Positions 27,718 through 36,967 of a stretch of DNA of 52,536 nucleotides are shown piece by piece; position 1 is the first letter of the stretch; every line of letters begins with the position of its first letter. The notes beneath the pieces were generated by a model. That model ran no database searches. It was not told the DNA's origin and was given only the letters and a program-made list of their open reading frames with translations. Location: NCBI GenBank assembly GCA_964642285.1, contig CAZXOD010000001.1:1-52536 (forward strand). The letters run 5' to 3'. The stretch is from an uncultured Synergistaceae bacterium. Lineage in GTDB: Bacteria; Synergistota; Synergistia; Synergistales; Aminobacteriaceae. A program made the translations under genes and the position numbers.

Positions 27718-28714
27718 AGCAGATTCTGGGCAAAATTTCCCCCCAGGGCTTGTCCACCAGCCTCTCTCCGCCGATGAGAGTCCTCATGGAGACCATCCCC
27801 TTTGGCTCTCCTTCGGTAACCTCACCGATGACGGTGGCGTCCCCGCAGAGAGGGGACCGCCTCAGCAGCCCCATGGCTTCGTCGCAGTCGGAAGGGGCCA
27901 CCGCTACGGCGGCGCACCCCTCGCAGGCCATGTAGAGGGGTTCGAATCCCAGCACGTCGCACAGTGACTGAACCTGTCCGGTTATGGGGATGGACTTTTC
28001 GTCCATGGAGATGTGAAGGCCCGTGGCCTCCGCCCATTCGCAGAGCACAGTCCCAAGCCCTCCCCTGGTGCAGTCCCTCATGCTCCGCAACCCACCCAGG
28101 GAGAGAAGAGGCTTCAGGGCGGGCCAGAGGGGGGCGCAGTCGCTCTCCAGCCCCTCCACGGGAATGTTGAACCGGGCCGACGCGATGGCGGCGCCGTGGC
28201 GGCCAATGGAGGTGGTGACGATGATTCTGTCTCCCTCCCGGATTTTTGACATGGAGGGGGGGCTTTCAGGCAACACCCGGCCGAAGGCGCATCCCGTGAA
28301 GATAACGCCCTCCAGCGTCCCCGCCGGGACCACTTTTGTATCCCCCGCCGCCAGGGTCATGCCCAGCTCCGCGCAGGTGGCGGCGGCGCTCTCCATGTAA
28401 AAGGCTATTTCGTCCCTGTCCGTCCCCTCTTCAATCACGATGCTTACTCCCAGAAAATCGGGGCTCGCCCCTCTGACGGCCAGGTCGTTGGCACAGCCGC
28501 ACACGCACAGGTGACCTATGTCTCCCCCCGGAAATTTTCTGGGGGAGACGGTGAAGCCGTCCACCGTCATGGCGTACCCGCCGGGCAGAAGGGCCGCGTC
28601 CTCAAGCTCGGGGCCTATCCCCCGGGACCGGAAGGACTCCAGCAGGAAGGAGACAAGCTCGTCGCTCTGCCTCCCCCCGCTGCCGTGCCCAAGAGTTATT
28701 ATCCCGTCCTTCAT
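27716..28714 (-). CDS. hypE: [NiFe]-hydrogenase maturation protein HypE
   Basis: ITLGHGSGG, FPGGDIG, GDTKVV, RDCTRGG and C-terminal PRIC. Confidence 0.93.
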   Translation of the reverse strand: MKDGIITLGHGSGGRQSDELVSFLLESFRSRGIGPELEDAALLPGGYAMTVDGFTVSPRKFPGGDIGHLCVCGCANDLAVRGASPDFLGVSIVIEEGTDRDEIAFYMESAAATCAELGMTLAAGDTKVVPAGTLEGVIFTGCAFGRVLPESPPSMSKIREGDRIIVTTSIGRHGAAIASARFNIPVEGLESDCAPLWPALKPLLSLGGLRSMRDCTRGGLGTVLCEWAEATGLHISMDEKSIPITGQVQSLCDVLGFEPLYMACEGCAAVAVAPSDCDEAMGLLRRSPLCGDATVIGEVTEGEPKGMVSMRTLIGGERLVDKPWGEILPRIC

Positions 28715-29778
28715 TGCCTTTCCTCCCTGTGAAACCGGAAATAGGCGCCGCAGGTACCCTCGCCGGAGACCATGCAGGGTCCCACCGGGCTGCCGGGGGT
28801 GCAGGTTTTGCGGAAAAGGGGGCAGTCGGGAGGGGTTATCCTTCCCATGAGCACCTCTCCGCACCGGCACCCGGGAGGCGGCGTTCCCGCCTTCAGAGTA
28901 AGGCTAAATTTTTTCTCCGCGTCAAAGGCCCCGTATTCTTTCCGCAGGGCCAGGCCTGAATCGGGTATAACGCCGATGCCCCGCCAGGCCGTATCCCTAT
29001 GTTCGAAGACTTTTTCCATCAGCTCCAGGGCCTTCAGGTTGCCTTCCTTTCGAACGGCGCGGCCGTAGACGGAGCGAAGGGCGGGGGAGCCGGTCTCGCA
29101 CTGCCTGACTACCTCCGCCAGCCCGAGCAGAATCTGGTCCGGCTCAAACCCGGCTATCACCCCGGGGAGCCCATACTTCTCAGGCAGGAAGCGGAAGGGT
29201 TCGTGGCCGAGGACCACGCACACGTGTCCCGGAAGAAGAAAGCCCGACAGCCGCAGGTCCGGGTCCGAGGCCAGCAGCTCCACCGCGGGAGGCGTTCTTT
29301 TGTGAAAAGAAAGTATCGATAAATTATTTATCCCCCGCCTCGCGGCCTCCTCCACGAGGGCCGCCGTGGCCGGGGCGGTGGTCTCGAAGCCCGCCGCCAG
29401 AAAGACAACCTCCCTGCCGGGCAGCTCTTCCGCCATGGGAAGCACGTCCATGGCGCTGGTGACCACTCTGGCGTCAAGGCCCCTGGACCGCTTTGACGAG
29501 AGGGATCCCCCCTCGCAGGGAACTTTGAACATGTCCCCGTAGGCCGCCACTACGGCGCCCTGATCCAGCAGGGCCAGGGCGGCCTCGATCTCTCCCTGGT
29601 CGGTGACGCACACCGGGCAGCCAGGCCCTGAAACGAGCCTGAGGGTGGACGGAAGGAGGGATCTGATGCCTGACCGGAAGATGGAGACTGTGTGAGTTCC
29701 GCAGACCTCCATTACCGACAGGGGAGTTTTTGAAATCCTGGCCAGCACTTCCGCCGCCGCGGCCGGATTAATGGGCAT
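28711..29778 (-). CDS. hypD: [NiFe]-hydrogenase maturation protein HypD
   Basis: MEVCGTHT, GPGCPVC, GFETT, PGHV and a C-terminal Cys cluster (GPCMVSGEGTC). Confidence 0.95.
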   Translation of the reverse strand: MPINPAAAAEVLARISKTPLSVMEVCGTHTVSIFRSGIRSLLPSTLRLVSGPGCPVCVTDQGEIEAALALLDQGAVVAAYGDMFKVPCEGGSLSSKRSRGLDARVVTSAMDVLPMAEELPGREVVFLAAGFETTAPATAALVEEAARRGINNLSILSFHKRTPPAVELLASDPDLRLSGFLLPGHVCVVLGHEPFRFLPEKYGLPGVIAGFEPDQILLGLAEVVRQCETGSPALRSVYGRAVRKEGNLKALELMEKVFEHRDTAWRGIGVIPDSGLALRKEYGAFDAEKKFSLTLKAGTPPPGCRCGEVLMGRITPPDCPLFRKTCTPGSPVGPCMVSGEGTCGAYFRFHREERQ

Positions 29779-30007
29779 AGGGGTCTCCGGCGAGGGTTCT
29801 GAGCTCATCCCATAGGTCTTTAAGCTCCTCCGAATCCTCCGGGGAGAGTTTTTCTATGGCAAATCCCGCATGGACCAGGACCGTATCGCCGGGGGCGGGG
29901 TCTTCAAGAAGATCGGTGCGTATCTCCAGTCTTACGGCGCCGGTAACGGCAATAGCCCGGTTGCCGCTCATGATTTCTTCAATTGTATGGGGAACCGCGA
30001 GGCACAT
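29768..30007 (-). CDS. hypC: [NiFe]-hydrogenase maturation chaperone HypC
   Basis: MCLAVP N-terminus; GDTVLVHAGFAI. Confidence 0.93.
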   Translation of the reverse strand: MCLAVPHTIEEIMSGNRAIAVTGAVRLEIRTDLLEDPAPGDTVLVHAGFAIEKLSPEDSEELKDLWDELRTLAGDPYAH

Positions 30008-30095
30008 AGACACTCCTCCTTTTCAGATATTGTACTCCAGAATGGCCCGGAATGATTAAAATGTCCCGAAACGGTAGAAAGAATCAGCGGGGTGA

Positions 30096-30104
30096 TGTTA
30101 TAAT
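30096..30104 (+). promoter_or_regulatory. Extended -10 promoter element for the NSS transporter
   Basis: TGTTATAAT in the AT-rich divergent intergenic region. Confidence 0.55.
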
Positions 30105-30236
30105 GTCTATCAACTTTCCATGTAATAAAAAAATAAAATAATGAAAAGGAGGTAACAATCGGGAAAATTCAGCGAGTCCCCGGCGGCATGGATTTAAGAG
30201 GAAAGATCTTGCAGATTAAAGGAGGGCACGGCAAAA

Positions 30237-31571
30237 ATGGCACAGGAAGCGCATCGGGAACATTGGGGCAGTAAAATCGGATTTATTTTGGCGGCCGCCG
30301 GTTCGGCGGTGGGGCTGGGCAACATCTGGAGATTTCCTTATATTACCGGAAAGTATGGCGGAGCGGCTTTCGTCCTGGTATACCTTGCCATCGTCCTGGT
30401 CCTCGGCTTTTCCGTCATGCTGGCGGAGATGGCCATAGGCAGAAAAGCCCAGCTAAACGCGGTGGGCTCGTTCCAGAAGCTTGGCGGCGGCGCCTGGCCT
30501 ATCGTAGGCTGGATGGGCGTGACGGCGGGCTTCATGATCCTGTCCTTCTATTCGGTCATCGGCGGCTGGACCATCAAATACTTCTTCTGGTCCTTCTCGG
30601 GCCTCATGACCGAGGCGGCGGCGGGCAAGGCCGGCGACGTCTTCGGCGGATTCGTCACGGACACCCCGTCGGTTATTATGTATCACGCGGTATTTATGAT
30701 CATAACCATCTGGGTGGTCTTCAAGGGCATAGGCGAGGGCATTGAGAAATGGTGCAAGGTCCTGATGCCGTCTCTTTTCGTGATTCTGATCATCCTTATA
30801 GTACGCTCCGTCACCCTGGAGGGCGCGGGCAAGGGGCTGGAGTTCTACCTGAGCCCCGACTGGTCAAAGCTGACGGGAGAATCCTTCGCCGCCGCCCTCG
30901 GGCAGGCCTTCTTCTCTCTCTCCTTGGGCATGGGATGCATGATCACCTACGGCAGTTATGTGGATAAAAAGACAACTCTGCCCGACGCTGCTTTTCAGGT
31001 GTGTCTCATTGACACCGCCGTAGCAATTCTGGCCGGACTCGCCATCTTCCCGGCGGTCTTCGCCTTCGGCGTGGACGCGGGCGCGGGCCCCGGCCTGACC
31101 TTCGTTACCCTGCCCTCGGTCTTCGCCCAGATGCCGGGCGGTCCTATCTGGTCCTCACTCTTCTTCCTCCTTCTCTTCATCGCGGCTCTGACGTCGGCCA
31201 TTTCGCTCCTCGAAGTGGTAGCGTCCTATGTTATCGATAAGGGATGGACCAGGTCTAAAGCGGCATGGGGAATGGGCTTCCTTATCTTCCTGCTGGGAGT
31301 TCCGTCTGCCATGTCGCTGGCAGGCGCGCCCAAGATCGTGGGGAAGGATTTCCTGGACGCCATGGACTTCCTGTCCTCCAACGTCCTGCTGCCCCTGGGC
31401 GGAGCCTTCATAGCCCTGTTCGTGGGCTGGTTCTGGGCGTCCGACGCCAGAAATGAGGTCACCAACGACGGAACCCGCTCCTTTGGGCTGATGGAGATCT
31501 GGATCTGGGTCTGCCGCATAGTCGCGCCCATAGGCATTCTCTACATCTTTGTCACCGGCCTGAAATGGTGA
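30237..31571 (+). CDS. Sodium-dependent transporter, neurotransmitter:sodium symporter (NSS/SLC6) family; probably amino acid uptake
   Basis: REHWGSKIGFILAAAGSAVGLGNIWRFPY; GQAFFSLSLG. Confidence 0.93.
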   Translation: MAQEAHREHWGSKIGFILAAAGSAVGLGNIWRFPYITGKYGGAAFVLVYLAIVLVLGFSVMLAEMAIGRKAQLNAVGSFQKLGGGAWPIVGWMGVTAGFMILSFYSVIGGWTIKYFFWSFSGLMTEAAAGKAGDVFGGFVTDTPSVIMYHAVFMIITIWVVFKGIGEGIEKWCKVLMPSLFVILIILIVRSVTLEGAGKGLEFYLSPDWSKLTGESFAAALGQAFFSLSLGMGCMITYGSYVDKKTTLPDAAFQVCLIDTAVAILAGLAIFPAVFAFGVDAGAGPGLTFVTLPSVFAQMPGGPIWSSLFFLLLFIAALTSAISLLEVVASYVIDKGWTRSKAAWGMGFLIFLLGVPSAMSLAGAPKIVGKDFLDAMDFLSSNVLLPLGGAFIALFVGWFWASDARNEVTNDGTRSFGLMEIWIWVCRIVAPIGILYIFVTGLKW

Positions 31572-31587
31572 CGGGATAAAAATCGCG

Positions 31588-31611
31588 GCCCCTTCGGGGG
31601 CCTTTTTTATT
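31588..31611 (+). terminator. Intrinsic terminator after the NSS transporter
   Basis: GGCCCC-TTCG-GGGGCC-TTTTTTATT. Confidence 0.85.
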
Positions 31612-31674
31612 CCCGGCGGAGCTTAGCGCTTCAGCTCAAAAATATGGATATGTGTTTTGTCTTTTTTCATAGAC

Positions 31675-31702
31675 TTGACTCCAATTTTTCATTGTGTAAA
31701 AT
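31675..31702 (+). promoter_or_regulatory. Promoter of the grd operon
   Basis: TTGACT - 16 bp - TAAAAT just upstream of the riboswitch. Confidence 0.6.
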
Positions 31703-31712
31703 GAATATGAAT

Positions 31713-31892
31713 GCCGGATGAAAGCCGCAAGAGAGACTTTCCCCAAAAAAGGGGAGAGCGCCGAAGGGGCAAGGCCGCCGAAACCGGGCGAGCGCGAAAC
31801 TCTCAGGCGAAAGGATTGCGGCCGGACGGGCCTCTGAAAAGAATAGCTCCCCTTATCCCCTTCTTATACGCCCATGGGGCTATGCGACAGAG
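31713..31892 (+). ncRNA. Glycine riboswitch (one complete aptamer plus a downstream ghost aptamer)
   Basis: GGATGA leader; P1 GCCGCAA/TTGCGGC; GAGAGA, CGCCGAAGG and AAACTCTCAGGCGAAAGG consensus blocks; GGAC linker; CTCTG...CAGAG; lies upstream of glycine reductase genes. Confidence 0.9.
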
Positions 31893-31926
31893 AGTGTCTT
31901 GCCTATAGGCATAGGGAGGCAATTGA

Positions 31927-32358
31927 ATGTCCTGTCGCAGGCTGCTCGTAACAAATAATCCGATTCTAGCCGCCTCCGTGCCGTCCAGCGAACTGGTGGA
32001 CGGCAGTTCGTTGTCAGTTTTGCTCAGGGTCAGAGACCTTGTTCACGGAGGCTGGGTTCTTCTCTCTCACCCTCTTTATGGAAACCTGCGGCCTTACCAG
32101 CATCCCTACCGGTCTGTCCTGGCGGAGCTGCCGGGGGACGACTCCAGGCCGCCCGTAGATCTTCAGTCCCTGGATTATATGGAAAGCGCCCTCGGGGTAT
32201 ATTCGGCCGAGAAGGACAGAATTCCCTCCGACCAGGATATGCCCGGGGATGTAAGAGACGATTTTGCCTTTATCGACGCGGAACTTATGAAGGAAAGCCT
32301 TTTCCGGTACGACATGATGCGCCGGAACGGCCTAAACCAGGATGCCGAAAGGAGGTGA
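31927..32358 (+). CDS. grdX: GrdX family protein
   Basis: LVTNNP..VL..VRDLVHGG..LLSHPLYG..PYRS..DF..ID.EL; first gene of the grd cluster. Confidence 0.85.
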   Translation: MSCRRLLVTNNPILAASVPSSELVDGSSLSVLLRVRDLVHGGWVLLSHPLYGNLRPYQHPYRSVLAELPGDDSRPPVDLQSLDYMESALGVYSAEKDRIPSDQDMPGDVRDDFAFIDAELMKESLFRYDMMRRNGLNQDAERR

Positions 32359-32364
32359 CGCAAA

Positions 32365-32685
32365 ATGGTGGAATTGACAAAGGAGAATTTTGACGCCGAA
32401 GTCAAGGAGAGCGCCCTCCCGGTGCTGGTAGATTTTTGGGGCCCCAAGTGCGGACCCTGCATGGCCCTGCTCCCGGGCGTGGAGGAGATGGGAAAAGAGT
32501 ACGAGGGCAAAGTAAAATTCTGCTCCGTGGATGTTTCCGGGAACCGGAGAGTAGCTATCGCCAACAAGGTCATGGGAATCCCCGCCTTCCTCTTCTGGAA
32601 GGACGGCGCGGAGGTTGCCAGGGTCAGCGGAGGAGATGCAACCCTGGAAAAGATCAGGGAAAATGTGGAGGCGCTCTTAAAGTAG
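32365..32685 (+). CDS. trxA: Thioredoxin associated with glycine reductase
   Basis: VLVDFWGPKCGPC, cis-Pro segment GIPAF, 106 aa. Confidence 0.92.
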   Translation: MVELTKENFDAEVKESALPVLVDFWGPKCGPCMALLPGVEEMGKEYEGKVKFCSVDVSGNRRVAIANKVMGIPAFLFWKDGAEVARVSGGDATLEKIRENVEALLK

Positions 32686-32719
32686 CCTTCAGCGCTCAAA
32701 AAGGGGGGAACAGACAACC

Positions 32720-34006
32720 ATGAAACTCGAGCTGCACAAAGTTAAGATCAACAAACTGGCCTGGGGAGACAAGACTTTTGCCCGGGACGGAGTGCTGACG
32801 GTGAATAAACAGGAGCTTCTGTCCGTGATATCCGGGGACGACCGGCTCGCCAGGGTGGACGTTGATTTTGCTCATCCGGGCGAGAGCGTCCGCATCCTTC
32901 CAGTGAAGGACGTAGTGGAGCCCCGGTTCAAACTGGAGGGCCCCGGGGGCGTATTCCCCGGCATGGTATCGGACGTTGATACGGTGGGAGAGGGCAAGAC
33001 CCTGGTCCTGTCGGGAGCCGCGGTGGTTACCACCGGCAAGATCGTGCGTTTCCAGGAGGGCATCATCGATATGTCCGGTCCGGGCGCCGAGTATACGCCG
33101 TATTCCGGTACATGCAACATAGTGCTTGTCCTGGATAATGCAGATAATTTAGATAAGCACGACCATGAGACCGCCTGCAGGATGGCGGGGCTGAAGGCCG
33201 CCGCCTATCTGGCGGAGAAGTGCCTTGACGCTGCCGCAGACGAAGTGGAAACCTACGAGACGCCCTGCTTTAAAGACGCCATGGCCGCCTATCCCGGGCT
33301 GCCCAAGGTGGCCTATCTCTATATGCTTCAGTCCCAGGGCCTTCTTCACGATACGTACCTCTACGGAGTGGACGTTAAAAAGATCCTTCCCACCTTCCTT
33401 AACCCCACGGAGGTCATGGACGGCGCTATCGTGTCGGGCAACTGCGTGTCGGCCTGCGACAAAAACAATACCTATTCCCACCAGAATAACCCCATCATAA
33501 ACAATATGTTCAAACGTCACGGCAAGGACTTCAACTTCCTGGGCTGCATTGTCACCAACGAGAACGTTACCCTGGCAGACAAAAAGAGAAGCTCTTCCTA
33601 CTCCATAAAGCTGGCCCGTACCCTGGGCGTGGAAGGCCTTCTGATCTCCGAGGAAGGCTTCGGCAACCCCGACGCCGACCTGATCATGAACTGCTGGAAG
33701 GCTGAGCGCGCCGGGATAAAGACCGCCCTGATAACCGACGAGTACGCCGGACAGGACGGAGCGAGCCAGTCCCTGGCCGACTCCTGCCCCGAGGCGGACG
33801 CCTGCGTAACGGCAGGAAACGCCAACGAAGTAGTGGTCCTCCCTCCCATGGACAAGGTCATCGGATACCCCGAGGAGGCCAACGTGATCGCCGGAGGCTG
33901 GCAGGGTTCTCTCGCCGCGGACGGGACTATCACAGTGGAACTCCAGGCGATCCTGGGGGCCACCAGCGAGCTGGGCTTCACGAAGCTCGGCGCCTACACC
34001 ATATGA
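32720..34006 (+). CDS. grdE: Glycine reductase complex component B, alpha/beta proprotein
   Basis: PGESVRILPVKDV, LQSQGLLHDTY, processing-site motif SGNCVSACDKN, EEGFGNPDAD. Confidence 0.9.
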   Translation: MKLELHKVKINKLAWGDKTFARDGVLTVNKQELLSVISGDDRLARVDVDFAHPGESVRILPVKDVVEPRFKLEGPGGVFPGMVSDVDTVGEGKTLVLSGAAVVTTGKIVRFQEGIIDMSGPGAEYTPYSGTCNIVLVLDNADNLDKHDHETACRMAGLKAAAYLAEKCLDAAADEVETYETPCFKDAMAAYPGLPKVAYLYMLQSQGLLHDTYLYGVDVKKILPTFLNPTEVMDGAIVSGNCVSACDKNNTYSHQNNPIINNMFKRHGKDFNFLGCIVTNENVTLADKKRSSSYSIKLARTLGVEGLLISEEGFGNPDADLIMNCWKAERAGIKTALITDEYAGQDGASQSLADSCPEADACVTAGNANEVVVLPPMDKVIGYPEEANVIAGGWQGSLAADGTITVELQAILGATSELGFTKLGAYTI

Positions 34007-34039
34007 TCAGCTTTACCCAGCAAGAGGGGAGGGAGTAAT

Positions 34040-35347
34040 TTGTCTTACCGGATCATTCACTATATAAATCAGTTCTACGCCGGCATCGGCGGAGAGGAGA
34101 AGGCCGACGTCGCTCCCGAAATCAGGGAGGGCGTAGTCGGCCCCGGCATGGCCTTTAAGGGAGCTTTCGGTGCCGATGCTGAAATAGTTGCCACCGTAAT
34201 TTGCGGCGACTCTTACTTTGCGTCCAACATGGAAAAGACGAGCGCCGAGATCATCGAAATGATGAAGAAGTACAAGCCCGACGCGGTTATCGCCGGCCCC
34301 GCCTTCAACGCCGGCCGCTACGGCACCGCCTGCGGCGCCCTTTGCGAGGCCGTCGTCAAGGAGTTGGGCATCCCGGCGGTGGGAGGCATGTACCCGGAGA
34401 ACCCGGGAGTGGAGATGTACAAGAAAAGCTTCTACATCGTGGAGACCCCCGACAGCGCAGCTGGAATGAGAAAGGCCGTCCCCGCCATGGCTGGGCTTCT
34501 GATGAAGCTGCTGAGGGACGAAAAGCTGGGAACTCCCGCCGAAGAGGGTTACATCGAGCGTGGAGTCAGAAAGAACAAATTCTACGATAAGCTAGCCGCT
34601 GAACGAGTGGTGGATATGTTCACCGCCAAGCTCAAGGGGGAGCCCTTCGTCACCGAGTATCCCATGCCCCAGTTCGACCGGGTGGCGCCCCAGCCCGCGG
34701 TAAAGGACATGAAAAACGCGGTAATCGCCCTGGTCACCTCCGGCGGAATCTGCCCCGTGGGCAACCCCGACCACATTGAGGCCTCCAGCGCCAGCAAGTT
34801 TGGCGAGTACGACATCACCGGCGTGGACGACCTCACCTGCGACGCCTACTGCACGGCTCACGGAGGCTACGACGCCACCTACGCCGATGAGGACTCCGAC
34901 AGGGTCGTTCCCGTAGACGTCCTCAGGGACATGGAGCGGGAGGGCGTCTTCAAAAAGCTTCACAACAAGTTCTACTCCACCGTGGGCAACGGCACGGCCG
35001 TGGCCAGCTCGAAGAGGTTCGGAACGGAGATCGCTGACAGGCTTATCGCCGATGGCGTCACCGCCGTTATCCTCACATCCACCTGAGGAACCTGCACTCG
35101 TTGCGGCGCAACGATGGTGAAGGAAATCGAGCGGGCGGGCCTTCCGGTAGTTCACGTCTGCACCATAGTGCCCATCTCCCTTACGGTGGGGGCCAACAGA
35201 ATAGTCCCGGCGGTCGCCATTCCCCATCCCTTCGGCGACCCGACCAGAACGGCGGCGGAGGAAAAGGAGATCCGGCGGCATCTTGTGGAGAAATCCCTGG
35301 AGGCCCTTCAGACCGAAATATCCGAACAGACCGTATTTGCCGACTGA
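34040..35347 (+). CDS. grdB: Glycine reductase complex component B gamma subunit; selenoprotein with Sec at UGA 35084-35086 (435 aa)
   Basis: HYINQFYAGIGGEEKAD, GPAFNAGRYG; TST-UGA-GTCTRC gives the UxxCxxC motif; ORFs 34040-35086 and 35114-35347 are in frame. Confidence 0.93.
35095..35119 (+). promoter_or_regulatory. Bacterial SECIS hairpin of grdB
   Basis: TCGTTGC-GGC-GCAACGA stem starts 11 nt after the UGA and has a G-containing loop; CAC/GTG lower stem. Confidence 0.75.
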
Positions 35348-35360
35348 TTTTCAGTCTTCC

Positions 35361-35383
35361 GGGCCCGGAGATTCTCCGGGCCC
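35361..35383 (+). other. Intergenic perfect hairpin between grdB and grdC
   Basis: GGGCCCGGAG-ATT-CTCCGGGCCC with no U tract. Confidence 0.6.
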
Positions 35384-35422
35384 TATAAGCGTCAGAGAAA
35401 AGTACAAGGAGGTTTTGCCCCA

Positions 35423-36952
35423 ATGGCCACAGTGGGAATTAAAGGATACGCTTACTGCCTGAACCATATGCCCGAGGCGGGATTTTACTACGGAAATACG
35501 CCTTATTTTGAAAGAGAGTCGAAGGGTGAGACAGAGTTTCTCAGGGAGTTGCCGTCCTTCATGCAGAGCTACGAGGAGGCCAGGGATTATGCTCCCAACC
35601 AGGCCTACATCGGGGGGATAACCCTTGAGGCCCTCGAAAACTCTCCCCGGCCCTGGTACGTTAACAGGGCCTCCGGGTCGGGCCGTTACGGAGCCTACGG
35701 TGAAATCATGCCCGAGGATGAATTCCTCGGACTAATTGATATATGCGACGTCTTTGACATTGTCTGGCTGGAGGAGTCCTTTGCGGCCTCCGTGAGGGAG
35801 AAGCTCGCCGTCAGCCCGGTGATGAACGACGCTATACTGGCCCGTCTTGAAAAAGGGCATACCGCTGAAGAGATCGCGGAGGAGACTGCTCACAGGAGAG
35901 CCATTCCCCTCTACTATGGCGGGAAAGTCGCAGGCTGCGTCAGAAACGGCCACGACGTGGACAACTGTCTCTTTGCCCATGTCCTGCTTGAAAACCTGGC
36001 CTCCAAGGCCTCCGCCGTGCTCTCCCTTCTTCACCTTCTGAAGAATACCGGCATGGCGCCGGAAGAGGTGGATTTCATCGTGGAGTGCTCCGAAGAGGCG
36101 GCTGGCGATATGAACCAGCGGGGCGGAGGCAACTTCGCCAAGGCCATCGCCGAGATCGCCGGGTGCGTAAACGCCAGCGGCTGGGATATCCGCAGCTTCT
36201 GCGCCGCTCCGGTGAACGCCATGGTTGATGGTGCTGCCCAGGTTGCCTCGGGCGCCAGAAAGAACTGCGTCGTCCTGGCTGGTGGCTCCATCCCCAAGCT
36301 GTACATGAACGGCCGGGATCACGTCAAGAAAAAAATGCCGGCCCTCGAGGACTGCGTGGGCAGCTTTGCCGTCCTGCTTACGCCCGACGACGGAACTGTG
36401 CCGGTAATGCGCCTGGACGTTCTGGGCAAGCACTCGGTGGGCGCCGGAGCCTCGCCCCAGGCCGTTACCTCGGCCCTGATTTTAGAGCCCCTTGAGAAGG
36501 CCGGCCTTGGCTTCCTCGACGTGGACAAGTATGCCGCCGAGCTGCACAATAACGAGATAACCCTTCCCGCCGGGGCGGGAGACGTGCCCCTGGCCAACAT
36601 AAAAATGACCGCCGCTCTTGCGGTGATGAAGAAGGCCGTGGAAAAGGCGGATATGCAGAAGTTTGTGGACGAGAGAGGAGTGGTGGGCTTTGCCCACACC
36701 CAGGGGCATATCCCGTCTGGGGTTCCCTTCGTGGGGCACGCCTGCGACGCCCTGAAAGCGGGGACCATGAAGAGGGCCATGATCATAGGCAAGGGCAGCC
36801 TCTTCCTCGCAAGGCTGACAAACCTCTCCGACGGAGTCTCCTTTCTCCTGGAGCCTGCTTCAGGCAGGGCGGCCGGAGGGACGGCCGTCTCCAAGGACGA
36901 CATTAAAACCCTTCTTCTTGAGGTGCTCTCCGAACTGTCAGAGAAGATGTAG
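35423..36952 (+). CDS. grdC: Glycine reductase complex component C, beta subunit (FabH-like fold)
   Basis: GEIMPEDEF, ECSEEAAGDMNQRGGGNFAK, PKLYMNGRDH, TQGHIPSGVP, GKGSLFL.R.TNL.DG. Confidence 0.92.
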   Translation: MATVGIKGYAYCLNHMPEAGFYYGNTPYFERESKGETEFLRELPSFMQSYEEARDYAPNQAYIGGITLEALENSPRPWYVNRASGSGRYGAYGEIMPEDEFLGLIDICDVFDIVWLEESFAASVREKLAVSPVMNDAILARLEKGHTAEEIAEETAHRRAIPLYYGGKVAGCVRNGHDVDNCLFAHVLLENLASKASAVLSLLHLLKNTGMAPEEVDFIVECSEEAAGDMNQRGGGNFAKAIAEIAGCVNASGWDIRSFCAAPVNAMVDGAAQVASGARKNCVVLAGGSIPKLYMNGRDHVKKKMPALEDCVGSFAVLLTPDDGTVPVMRLDVLGKHSVGAGASPQAVTSALILEPLEKAGLGFLDVDKYAAELHNNEITLPAGAGDVPLANIKMTAALAVMKKAVEKADMQKFVDERGVVGFAHTQGHIPSGVPFVGHACDALKAGTMKRAMIIGKGSLFLARLTNLSDGVSFLLEPASGRAAGGTAVSKDDIKTLLLEVLSELSEKM

Positions 36953-36967
36953 AGGGGAGGGAAGATT

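Noticed and set aside
31711-31908. 65-aa ORF upstream of grdX
   Set aside because: It coincides with the glycine riboswitch and has no RBS
34040-35347. grdB as a nonsense pseudogene or two separate genes
   Set aside because: The UGA lies exactly in the UxxCxxC Sec motif and is followed by a SECIS-like hairpin
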